NCBI RefSeq assembly: GCF_009834535.1
Contig: NC_045696.1
Span: 10,976,001 to 11,040,000, forward strand
From: Camelus ferus
Lineage: Eukaryota
Length of the DNA: 64,000 bases
Direction: 5' to 3'
The position numbers and the translations under genes were made by a program. Below the pieces are notes generated by a model. It was not told the DNA's origin and did no database searches. It saw only the letters and a list, made by a program, of their open reading frames with translations. How positions within the stretch are numbered: position 1 is the first letter of the stretch; the number at the start of each line of letters is the position of its first letter. Of the stretch, positions 29,907 through 41,694 are shown piece by piece.

Positions 29907-31620
29907 GTAACCATTTATATTTGTTATAATGTATGGATCTTGGTTCATTAATTTTTTGGTGTTTGGTCCCTATAACTGAAAGACATTTTAGGTTTGTTTG
30001 ATAAAAGTCAAAATGAATGACATTTATATTCCAAGTTAAAAATAAGTGCAAACTTCCATTATATTCCTGCTGAGTGAAAGATCAGAGCTCGGTTTTATTA
30101 GTGAATAGAATTAATGAGAGCGTCCGTTTCCCAGATAAGCACAGTTGAGTTACTCATCAAGGCCTGATATGCTTTTTCTTAATAAATATAGTCAGTTTGG
30201 CTACAAAGATTTAATTCCCCCAAATCACACTAATTTCAAGAATGATTCAGGTACAGTGAATATAGAATATTTCCCAAGTATCTGATTCTATTAGATTGTA
30301 TCAGCTCTAGTGCATTCCCTTTCTAGTAGCCTGTGGATTAGCAACATGTTCCAGGAATGCAGTTTACAATTATAATAATTATCTGAAATACATCTTTCAT
30401 TTTACACGGCATTTTCATGCCCTGTCATAAAATTCATGCCTCATTTTTAAAAATAGAAGAACAGTTTTCTTTGATATACTTCAATAAAGAACTTCTTACT
30501 AACACATGGGTCGCTTTTTGTTTATTTGGTTCACATGAAAACTCGCACAAAGCTCAGTCGGAGGTATACATTTGACAAGCTTATTTAATCTAATTTAATT
30601 TAATTCTCTAGAAGGGCTGAGGCAGGTTATCACAGTCCCACAGAGAGCTTTTACAAATCCAGTTTTAACATCATTAAGGCTCACGTGTAGTTGGTCTCTT
30701 TCTGCTCTGTCTGCCTAACGACACTGCTGACCGATTCATGTGTTATTACAGATTGACTTCACTGTGTGTAGATGTGAAAGACTTTGTATAATAAGGACAG
30801 CAAAATTATTTCAGCACTACAGCTTCTGCAAAATACTGCTGGGTGATAATTTTCCGATTGACTTACAGACATTTTTTTTCCCATTTCAAACTCATATTCT
30901 ATTTATAGTTTCATGATAGATTCTATTTCTTCTCCTTTAATTAACAAATCTATCTATATAAAAATAAATTTTTAAATAAATTTGTGAAAAGTTATACCTG
31001 TTAGCAACTCAGTGGCTTACTTAGAAATCTGATTTAATTTTAAAAATTGCTCCTCTTCACAGTTCTTTTGTAGGCAGTGTTTGCAGCATATTTTTTTAAC
31101 CCTGTAAACCAATAACTGTTTGAAGGTAGTAAGCTCAGAGAAAGTAATTATAGAACTTTTAGAGTTTTTTAAAATAATACATCAAAAACTAACTTCTAAG
31201 AGACTAAAATAGTCTCATAGAAATTTAAAATGAAATTGGAACTTTAAGATTTTTTTCCCTTTTTGACTGTCAAATATTGGAGCTTTTATTAATGATTTAA
31301 CTGTGAATATAAAGAATGATATGATCATGAAGCGAAGTCTTTCATTACACAGATTTTTAAATTCCCCACTGCTAGTAATTTCAGATATAAAAAGAAAACT
31401 AGCATCCCCTTTCTACTCATAACTGAGGAAAGGGCCCAACTCAGGTTTGGGCCAGGCATCTAAAGTCACTTTGGTTTGTACTGATAATCTTTGAAGAAAT
31501 TTAAAGTGGTGAACTTTCTTTGCAAAAGTAAGTTTAACTCAGAAATTGTTTTGTGTACCTGCTTTTCATTCTGTGCTGTGGGCTCTGAACATATACAGCT
31601 TCTTGTTTTTCTCTAAAAAG

Positions 31621-31668
31621 GTATTGGAGCCCCTCCCAGTCCTGGGGTAGCTAGGCGAGAGATGGAAG
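31621..31668 (+). CDS. SYNJ1: SYNJ1 48-nt exon (16-aa insert GIGAPPSPGVARREME)
   Basis: aaaag|GT, G|gtaaca; phase 1-1. Confidence 0.92.
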
Positions 31669-32910
31669 GTAACAAGACTTTTGCATCATGGAAACGGATC
31701 TCTCATTTGGTTCCTAAATGTCAGCCCCTCCAGTGTTTAAAGGCATAATAAGTCTTTTCTTAGTCCAGCTGTAAACTCCTCTTCCCACTCCTTATGTAGT
31801 CCTTGTTACCTTGTATTTTTTCTCTTTTCATTCTATGTTGTGTGTAGTTTCTAATGGATGTCCACTTAATTTCCCTGCAGTTCTTATTATGCTGTTTTGC
31901 ACTCTGTTTTTTATATATTTCATATATAATCAGGATGTGAAATTACTGTACAATTTTTTTTTAAGAAGAATGCCTTCAAAATTTGAGGGGGAATAAGTCA
32001 GATTTTAGAAATGTACTGTACTTGACCGATTAAACCTTATTAATTCAGGTCCAAGAATATAGTGTTTTTTGGATGATTTCAGGTAACATAAATGTTTCTA
32101 TATAAATGATGTTGAATTAAGTTCGCTTAAAAGATTGTTAAGACTAGAGGCCGTTAAGATTATAGTTACTAAAAGACTGATATATTTCATATAACAATTA
32201 CACTTGAATTTCCTTTCAAAAAGAAGAAACCTTAGATGCTGCCCTTAATAGTGTCCCCTACTCCTTTTGGCCCCAAAGTAGTTTAATCTCATTTCATCCT
32301 TTTATTACCTTTCTACTGAGACTGAACCATATTTTAACATTGTCTTGCATAAGGCAGATAGTTAATAGCAAGATGTGCCTGTCTTCTGCCTTAATCCTGG
32401 GATTTTTCTGTAGAAATCCAGAAGATCTCATCGTAAGATTACTTTATCCATAATGACATCTTCAGCTTGAGGCACCTTCAGGTGCCTCTTACGTGACTCG
32501 GAAAATGCATTTTTGTCTGTTTGCTCCGGAGTAATTTGTCCGCCAAGTTCTGGGAATTAGTAGTACCACATCTTGTGACCATTCCCACAGGCTGACCATA
32601 TGTGTCCTAGGTTCACAGGAGACAGCTCTACTGGGAAAGTCACCTTAAAAGTGACCTTATGGATGAGGTATCAGACTGAGTGCTAACCCGTCTGCCAGAA
32701 ATATCACCATAAGTGTTGTAATTTTTCTCTGTTTGGGGATATACCCTTCAGGGCTGATAATACCCTTCATCATTATCCAAAACAAAGTACTTTTGTTCTC
32801 ATCTCATACCCCCATTTCTGCTGATAATGAAACAGAACAGCCCACTAATGTTATGTAATATTGCTTTATTGTCTACTTATGACTAATTTTTTTCCCTTCC
32901 TGCTTCAAAG

Positions 32911-32949
32911 CACCCAAAAGCCCTGGAACGACACGGAAAGAAAATATAG
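32911..32949 (+). CDS. SYNJ1: SYNJ1 39-nt exon (APKSPGTTRKENI)
   Basis: caaag|CA, G|gtaaaa; phase 1-1. Confidence 0.92.
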   Translation, partial: HPKALERHGKKI

Positions 32950-33083
32950 GTAAAAACACTTGAATTTAGCTACTTAACCTTACAACTGGATCATGACTAG
33001 ACACTTGGGATAGAAGTACATGGTTTCTTATTTCTTTCTTTCTCGCAAAAACTTAAATACATGGTGTGATCTCTTTGTTCTAG

Positions 33084-33154
33084 GACGCAACCAGCCTTCA
33101 CCTCAGGCAGGATTCACAGGCCCAGGACCTGCTGGATACAGTGCAACCAGACCG
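33084..33154 (+). CDS. SYNJ1: SYNJ1 exon (GRNQPSPQAGFTGPGPAGYSATRP)
   Basis: tctag|GA, CCG|gtaggc. Confidence 0.92.
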
Positions 33155-34469
33155 GTAGGCAGCACCCCTGCCTGGGAGCCGAGAGGTCCAGGTTTTAGGT
33201 CCCAATTTGCTACTAATCAAATATGTTATCTTGGAGAAGTCAGGGGGCCCATCAAGGCCCCAGTTTCCTCAACTTAAAATGAGGGAATCGCACTTGATGA
33301 TCTCCAAGGCATCTTTCAAATAACAGTATTTTAACATCCTCTGCATAAATAACTTAACATACTTCATTGTTTGAATAAAAGTGATGCAGTTAAGTAATTA
33401 CTGTCATTAAATAAATATCTTAGAAGTCTCTAAGTATATGAGGAAGTACTGTATTGGGGCAACTTTTTATGATATTGTCTGAGTAATTAATGAGGTAAAA
33501 TCATTCTTCAATAAGAAGAATTTTAAAATTAGATTTCAGAAAAGCCATTTATGGTAGTCGGTCAAATCAAGCTGGTTCTAAAGGAATTACAAGCAGGAGA
33601 GCAGACGGTGTTACAGAGCTTTTCCCTATGCCGTGAATCTCTGGTTTTCTGGGTGTTTACCAGTGTTCTCTCATACATAGAATTATTCTGTTATTTACCC
33701 AATTGAAAATTTTCTCTGGGATAGAGAAGTAATTTAAAGAAAAAGAAAAAAGAAAAGAAAGAAAATGGAAACCAGTGCTCAGTGACCTGGACTGGTCTGG
33801 TGGGGACTGGGGCAGGCGGGAGGCCTCTAGCTGAAGGGGGGTCTGGGAACTATGACTCTAACCAGAAATTAGGAAACTTCTGCTTCTAATTTCTAAGAAA
33901 TTCTCATAAAATTTCTAAGTTAGAAACATTTTGTTTTTTTGTCTTGCAGTTTTCTATATAACATCCAACCTAAATGTCCTTTACTGTATATAATACTATA
34001 CTGCAAAGTGTCTGTGGAATATACCTAAAAATAACCATTACCCAGTCTTCCTTTTTTTCAAGAAAGGGAAAATTGCTGTTCACTGACTCCACTACTTTCC
34101 ACAAAGTACCTTCTTTATTCTGTTTAATGCTCTTAAGAGTAGGGAAGGAAAGTCAGGATTTTGTGAGTCCCTTTGTAACTTTTGCTTAAAATAAGAAGTA
34201 TCGGGCTTCTTAAAGCCTTCAGCAAACGTATGAAAGTAGAAAGTTTTTTTCGCCAGCATGTCTTTCAGTTTATTTACTTCAGCATATTGACTTAATCATT
34301 AAAGAGCTTTCACCTCCATGTTTAAAGAAATAACTCTCAGGGTGGTTTTTTGTAAGCCTCCGGGTTGCAAAGCGTATATCCCTGACCGTCTCCTGTGACC
34401 TTTGATACCATCCCGTCTCCCACGCACGCAGCGCCACACAGGGTGAAGAGCAAGGGCCCTGCTGCTGGT

Positions 34470-34660
34470 CGGACCTGAGTTTGGATCCTGGCTTTATTTT
34501 CTAGCTCTCTGGCTCTGGGAAAGTTGTATACACTTCTGCATCTTCATTTAAAATAGAGATGATAAAATAATACCTACCTCTGAGGGCTATTTGGAAGATG
34601 AAATGGAAATGCCTATACAGTGTGTAATTAACACAGCGCCTGGTACATAGTAAACAGTGG
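34470..34660 (+). mobile_element. MIR SINE
   Basis: gagtttggatcctggct...tcttcatttaaaatagagatgataa...gcctggtacatagtaa. Confidence 0.7.
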
Positions 34661-34827
34661 AAAATAAAAAGGAAGATTTTAAAACTTATCACTGTATGGC
34701 TGTCAATAGCAATTAAAATGACAAGAGGCTGAGGAAATAAAACAAGATGCAAAAGCAGGTATTTTCACCGAATCATAACTGTTGAAAATGAGTAAATGTC
34801 TCAACTGTTAACGTTTCCCATTTTTAG

Positions 34828-34936
34828 ACTATTCCGCCCCGCGCTGGAGTGATCAGCGCCCCGCAGAGCCATGCTCGGGCGTCTGCGGGGAGACTGACCC
34901 CCGAAAGCCAAAGCAAACCAGCAGAAGTACTGAGAG
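34828..34936 (+). CDS. SYNJ1: SYNJ1 exon ([15 protein letters not shown]...AEVLR)
   Basis: tttag|ACT, G|gtagac. Confidence 0.92.
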
Positions 34937-35212
34937 GTAGACACTGTATCAGAAACGGCAGTTTCCTTCTATATTCTTTCCTTTCACTTCTTTTCCTTTT
35001 CCTTTCTGCAGTCTCTCACTTTACACAACTTGCTCGAATAAGAATACCCTTCTTTCTTTCTTTATGCCGCAAGAAATGAGGCTGCTCGGGGCCAGAAAGG
35101 GGGACGGGGGTGGGGTGGGGGCAGGGATGATACCATAATCCCCTAACATTTCACTAAAGGAAGGATAAAACATGGTTTTCTAGAAAACACCCAACCTCTG
35201 AAATGTTTTCAG

Positions 35213-35430
35213 GGCCAGCTCTTCTTCCTGAACCACTGAAGCCCCAGGCTGCCCTTCCTGCGCAGCCCTCTCTGCCCACACCTGTTCAGAAGATGCAGGA
35301 GCCTCTGGTCCCAGTGGCCGCACCTATGCCTCAGGCCGCCCCGCAGCCAAACTTGGAAACCCCACCACAGCCACCACCTCGGAGCAGGTCTTCCCACAGC
35401 TTGCCTTCAGAGCCCTCATCACAACCGCAG
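35213..35430 (+). CDS. SYNJ1: SYNJ1 exon ([12 protein letters not shown]...[20 protein letters not shown])
   Basis: ttcag|GG, CAG|gtaagt. Confidence 0.94.
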
Positions 35431-38417
35431 GTAAGTCCTCCCAGCAAACAAAAGAGCATCGTGATACCTCTGTGAGGGAGAAGGGTGTTTGTTTTGTTGT
35501 TTTGTTTTTTCAATTTTTATTTTTTTATTGAGATATATTTGATGCCTTTGGTATAGTTTTTGAGCATAGTTATTTTAATTATTAGCTTAAGAAACAAATA
35601 TGAGATTCAGTTTTTTTTTTTAAATATTTGTCTTTTGGTAGTTAATAGCATCTTGAGATGTGACTTCAACAAGTGAATGTCATTTGACATGTCAGACTAG
35701 TCACACAACAGATGCATGGTTTGGCTGTTTGAGGGTTTGGGGTTTATGTTTGTTTGAACCTGTTGCTTTGATCAGGGGTTCTCAGAGAGGAACCCTAAAT
35801 TGAGGCTCTTTAGGGAATTTTCAAGTGCCTCCGAGGCTGTTTTATCTTGTTAATGTTTAACGTGTTTGTGACTTTTTGGTTTTTTTAATGCATAATTTAC
35901 TTCAGATAGTTAATGGAATAGGATGGACAATAATAATTTATTTTCTTATTGTTTGTGGCCAAAAATTCGTTTTCCCTTTCACTTCCTGGAATGAGAGGCA
36001 TAGATCAATCCTTGACCATTGGCAATGTCGTTCATTTCCAGTAAATGGAGGAGAACTCTTTTATTCCACCTAAGGCAGCAGTTAGCTCTTGTCTGTGGTG
36101 CAGCTGGCGCTGGGTTCCTCCGGTCTCTCTAACACTTTCAGACACTGCTGGGTCAGTTTAGATGTTTGGGGCGTGCGGCAGTAGGCTTATTCACCAAAGT
36201 AAAAACCATCAAAATAGTAAGTTATCTCATCATTATCACACAGAAAACAGTGCCATTGCCTTAGTGGGTAGAAGTCTTAGGGTCACAGGGACTTTGTTAT
36301 GCCAGGGTGATCTCACACTGGAAAGACTTCTGGTGTGTGTGTACAAAGTTATTTTAACACAGGAATAATCATGCAAGTTATTTTATTTGGATGCTATTTT
36401 ACTTTGTTTGTATTATATACATTTCAGTAAAATTGTTAAAATTTATCTTTAGTATAAGTGCATTTTTGTTGTCCAGCCTTACATTTTATTTCATCCTAAA
36501 GTTTTAACTTGAAAATGCCACCAAGGCTAAAGAAATATGTGACATTGTAATCTGCTTTTAAACTTTGGAAAGATCTGAAATACAGAAATGTTATACATTG
36601 GGAATGTCCCTTAAGCACATTAATAAATAATAGTTTGCATTTATTTTTATAGATATCTGAGCATGTCCAGTTAGTTGGCAGAAGTTAACAGTTTCTTATG
36701 CTTCTCCATAGTGAAACCTAGACATTAAAATAAATATGAATCTTAAAACGAATATTGTTAGCAATTAGCACTTACTCATTAGACTCATTAGCTGGTCACA
36801 TTTGTAAAATCTGAGGATTATATAATCAAGAAAGACAAAATGTTCTCTTTGCTAATTAATACAAAAAAGTGTTCTTTGTATTTTAATTCAGAAAATTGAG
36901 CATGCTGAAGATATATAATACTTGTAGAAATCTTTCAGGCAATGAATTTTCTCTGCCAACCCACTTTCAGTGCATCATGAATTTTCTTCTAGTTTTCTTC
37001 TAAGATGCACTATAGTGTTTTCTCTTTAATATAATTGGAGGGCAAAAAACTTTCAAAGTAGCCACCTTAGAGCTTTGTACTACTGTTTTAGGACAGAAAG
37101 TGATCATTCCTATTCCTGGTAAAAGTGAATGCCAATTAGTAAAACTCTATAAATGTTTTAAGTATTGTAGGTAAATACAGTACTCTGAAAAACTTCAGAA
37201 AGAATAAACTGTCAAGTAAGATTGCAATTTTCAATAGAAAGTCATCTTATGACATAAAAATACTGCAGGATGAATATTCCAATAACTGCAGTGTGTCGTT
37301 TTCTTAGGTCATTTCCCTTGTTTTGGTCTCTGATTTTCACTGGAATGGGTGATTTGGTGACACACAGCAAGTACATGCTTTGTGTGTGGCTTAGTGGATT
37401 GTATTCTCAAATCCTGTATTCTATTCATCAAAGCTATGAAAGATTTTTTTTAGACATTTCTTTTGCCTCAGTCATTGATGTCAAATTCCTGTGAACATTA
37501 TATACAGACACACTCTTCTTTCTCATGGGTTGGGGGTGGGGGTCTTGTTCATGTTGGACTGTCTTTGTGAACAATCACAAAGTGGTTAGTTTCCTCCTAG
37601 GAGCTACGGCACTGAGGGGCAAGACGGAAGGGGAAGAATTTTACCTTTTGTATCCTTCAAATTTTGAACCATAGAATAATGCCTATTCAAAAAATTATAA
37701 ACATTAAAAAATTTTAAAACCTTCTCTAGTGTCTATAACTTAAAGAATAAGATATCAAAATATGACATTTGATATTTTGGTAATAATATGAAGTAGTCTT
37801 AGAATTGAACACTTAGTAATTTTTACAAGTCTTTATTAATTCTGCCAAAAATCTGCAAGGTATTTAAAACATAAAAACACACATGACCCTGCTTTACTTT
37901 TTATTACTATTGAAATGTTCTTTGACTCTATAATTCTACATAGAAAAGATCCTTTTAATTCAAATGATTATGTAACATGTTATATATCCATAACTTAAAT
38001 TCAGGAGTCTCATGTTTTGTAGGCAGGAAACAAATAATACATAATGTATTTCAGAATGGTGTCTCTCTAAATTATCAAAGTGAGTTTTGGTATTTTAAAA
38101 TAAGGTAAGCTTTAAATATTGGGGAGGATTTGCTCAAACTGTTTCTTGAGAATACTGCAGTTTTTAAAAGTACTGCTGTGTTATAGAAAGGTTGTGATTT
38201 CACTTTTAAACAACAAAAAGAGAATCTAGTTTCTTAACTTGTACTTTTCAACCAATAAATTATGAAGTGAATTAATGATAGTATCATCCTTCAGAAAATT
38301 TGAGTAATACAGAACAAGCATGAATCCTGACCATTTGTTAAAATAAATATCAATTTTCACTTTTTTTGCACAGTGATGCCATTTTGTACATTTTCTCTAA
38401 TGGCTATCTTAAGGCTA

Positions 38418-38812
38418 TGTCCTACTCTTGGGCTGCCATAACAAGCCATAAACTGGGTGACTCAGACAGCAGACATTTGTTTTCTCATAGTTCCGGAGGC
38501 TGGGAAGTCTGAGATCAGGATGCCAGCATGGTGGAGTTCTGGTGAGATCTCTTTTCCTGGCTCGCAGACAGCTGCCTTCTCACTGTGACCTCACATGGCC
38601 TTTCCTTGGTGCTTGCAGGGGGAGAAAAAGACAGCCAGCCCTCTGGTGTGCCTCCTCCTAAAGGTGCTAATGCCCTGCAGAGGGCCCCACCGTCATGACC
38701 TCATCCAGCCCCAGTTACCTCCCAAAGGCCCCACCTCCAAATCCCATCACACTGGGTGTTAGGGCTTCAGCATATGGATTTGGGGGAGGACACAAACATT
38801 TTATCCATAACA
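38418..38812 (-). mobile_element. MLT1A-like MaLR solo LTR
   Basis: gggctgccataaca...ggaggctgggaagtctgagatcagg...ggatttgggggaggacacaaacatt...ccataaca. Confidence 0.8.
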
Positions 38813-39106
38813 GGCTGCTTAAGAGCTCCAAAAACCTATTTGATTTTGAACCAATTAGTAATCAACCTCAGAGAAAGTCAAAATTGAAGCCCTAATTCAA
38901 CAATACATTTTTCTCATTCAAAATGACAAATGAAATCGGAATTGTCTCCTGAATTTATGCTGTGACCTGCAGATATCACTGCTCTTGGATTCCTTGTATG
39001 ATGTAGAACTGAAAGTATTTTGAAGACCGAATAATTAGGGTTGCTGGTTGGTCTCAGATTGTCCTCCTAACTCTCTCCTTTGATGTCTGTGTTCCCTTTC
39101 TCAAAG

Positions 39107-39130
39107 CAGGAGCAGCCATCAGGGTAACAG
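39107..39130 (+). CDS. SYNJ1: SYNJ1 alternative stop-containing mini-exon (QEQPSG*) of the 145-kDa isoform
   Basis: pyrimidine tract ...ctttctcaaag|CAG GAG CAG CCA TCA GGG TAA CAG|gtatcg; TAA at 39125-39127. Confidence 0.88.
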
Positions 39131-40397
39131 GTATCGGATTATTTCTCAATCTTATATGTGCTTTTCATCTGTCTTATCAGCACATTAGATGTATGAATCT
39201 TTTGCTTCATACATCTAAATTTTCACCCATTTTTAAAACCACCTGTCCACATTAATAAATTCTATTATCATACCATAAAACTTTCCTTCTTTTTAGTATT
39301 TTGAATTTTTAGGAACCATTTTATTTGTTCTTGCTAATGCTTTACCATTTTTTGCTTTGTTTTTTTACAAAAATTAACAAAACTAAAAAGGGTACTTCTA
39401 GAAGATAAGCTTTAGGAATATGAATGTCTATTTGGCAAAACCAAATTGGTTCTTGGTTTTAACAATGGCATAGTTTTACATAAATACAAAATTCAGGTTT
39501 TGTTTCACTTGGGAAATTTTTTTCAATAATTTTAGTATCAAGATTCTTTTTGGTAAGGAAAAACTGATGATTTACAAAGATGAAAGTTAACATTATAGCA
39601 GGTTTATTTAAGGGGCCTTCCAACACCCTTCTCTGTAAAAACATCATTGTCATTAATATTAATGTTGAGTCATCACAAATCCTGCTTAGATATGTATAAA
39701 TGAATTCTAATGTAATGAATGGTGGTGTGGCTCTCACTGTAATTTCAAGTATAGTTGGGCAAAATCATCTGCTATCAAATTACCTTCATTTGGAAAGAAA
39801 AAGTTTTAATATATGAAAATAAACATTTAAATGTATAGCATTTATTTGGCAAGGGCCTGCTATTCTAAGCTGTGCAAAGCAGAAACTTCTTACCTATCAT
39901 GTCTATGCTGTGGACTCTTCTGTCATGGGAGAATTGGGTCACAGACCCAATCAAGTATTTCTGTTTTGTTATATGAACCATAAATAATCCAGACATTAGT
40001 GATAGTGTAGATGTTAATTGTAATTTTATGTCTATAATAAATTTGTCTCTCAAGTACTTTAATACACTTAGAATACAGTTGACAATCTGTGACATGTTTG
40101 CTCTTTAACTTTGTACAAATTTATTGTCACATTGTTTGAAGAAAAACATACTTTTTGACTCAATTATAAAGTATGTTCTAGATCAGTCAAAGAAAACAGA
40201 TACTTGAGGGCAATTCACTTATGAAGTTATCCTCACCGTTTCCTTTCATAGACGAACAGCCTTCCCTGTTCTTAAGCACCAGATTATTGTTTTATAAGAT
40301 GCAATTACGTGTTATTGGGACTGCTGCTCTTTTTTTCCAACAGTTTTATGAATGTTTAGTTATTTCCTTTAACAGCTATCTGAATTCATTGTGTGTG

Positions 40398-40535
40398 GGG
40401 GGGTAGGTATAGCTCGGTGGTTAGAGCACATGCTTAGCATGCACAAGGTCCAGGGTTCAATCCCCAGTACTCCCATTAAAAATAAAAAAAAAAAATAACC
40501 TAATTCCCCCCCCAAAAAAAAGGAAAAAAAAAGAA
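40398..40535 (+). mobile_element. tRNA-derived SINE, camelid Vic-1-like
   Basis: A-box TAGCTCGGTGG, B-box GGTTCAATCCC, A-rich tail with aacctaattcccccc; imperfect TSD aattcatt/aaatcatt; no tRNA acceptor stem. Confidence 0.75.
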
Positions 40536-41694
40536 AATCATTTTACATAATGTTCCATTTTGTTACATTGCAAGCCTTAAGCTAAAAGTTCCTGTCCTTT
40601 TTAACCCAAAGGTTTGTTTTCTTACCTTTAATTTGGCATAAATATCCAAGTCATCCACCTAATTTTAATAATTATATAGTTTGTTTTTTTTTTAATGAAG
40701 TGAAGTTCCTGATGAGCTGAATATCTTATAAGGCCAGAATCATGTTTCACTTCCCATAAGAAAAGCTGGCTTTGCTCAGCCCACAGCCATACTCCACTCC
40801 AGCCGGCTTCTTTGTGAAACAGGCGCAGAGGGCAGATTTCTGATGACTGTGAAGTAATTCAGAACCCTCCTCCTACCAACAGCAGTTCACAGCCAGCTCT
40901 GTCACGTAGAGAGGACTGTGCACCCTCTGGGCACAGCTTCAGCTTCATCTTGGCTTCAGAATTAATAACCAAATAGAAAATGGGATCTCCCCCCAACCCA
41001 GTTTTAAACAATCATTGCCTTTGGTTATTAATAAACATATCTGTTTTGGAACATTTTAGATGAAGAAGGTCAGTTAAGGAATATTGTGCCATTATTCACA
41101 GAGTTTATTCTGCAAAGAACTTAAGAGGCAAAAATGCTTTGCAAATTTCTTTTTCAAGCTGAAAAGGAAAAGATGCATTGTCTTCAGCTTATGAATATAC
41201 ATACACTAATAAAATTAATTTTCATCCACAAAGTTATATTTCCATAGTAACATTAACTTTAAATGAAATTATATTTAAAATAACAATGAAACCACATCAT
41301 CATCGGGGATGGGTGTTGGAAGTTTATTTATAGAGATTTAGAATATGGTTTCTTAAGTTCGTGCTAAAATCTGATAAAGGGCATGAATAGAGCTCATCTG
41401 CTAATTCTGTACAATTCTCCACTTTACCATATCAATACTTGCATGGACAAAATAAGCTCTTTCTAATAAAAGGATTTATTTAGTAAGGAGTTTTTAAAAA
41501 ATAAGATTTTAGCTGTTTTCTCTTAGTTAAACCACTAGAGTAACAGACTGTACAAAGCTGCCTTTTTTTTCCCCTAGATTTGTATACTTGCCCCCTAAAA
41601 TGAAGAATAATTAAGACAGGAAGCATAGTGGGTAGTAAAAGTAAATGTATTACTTTTTGTTTGTTTTGATTATTCAGTGCTTCCTGTCTTCCAG

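Noticed and set aside
32469..32488. 9-bp inverted repeat GAGGCACCT-tc-AGGTGCCTC
   Set aside because: Short and compatible with chance; not next to a splice site.
40398..40475. Possible tRNA-Ala gene
   Set aside because: Acceptor stem does not pair, and it has a poly-A tail and TSD-like flanks, so it is a SINE.
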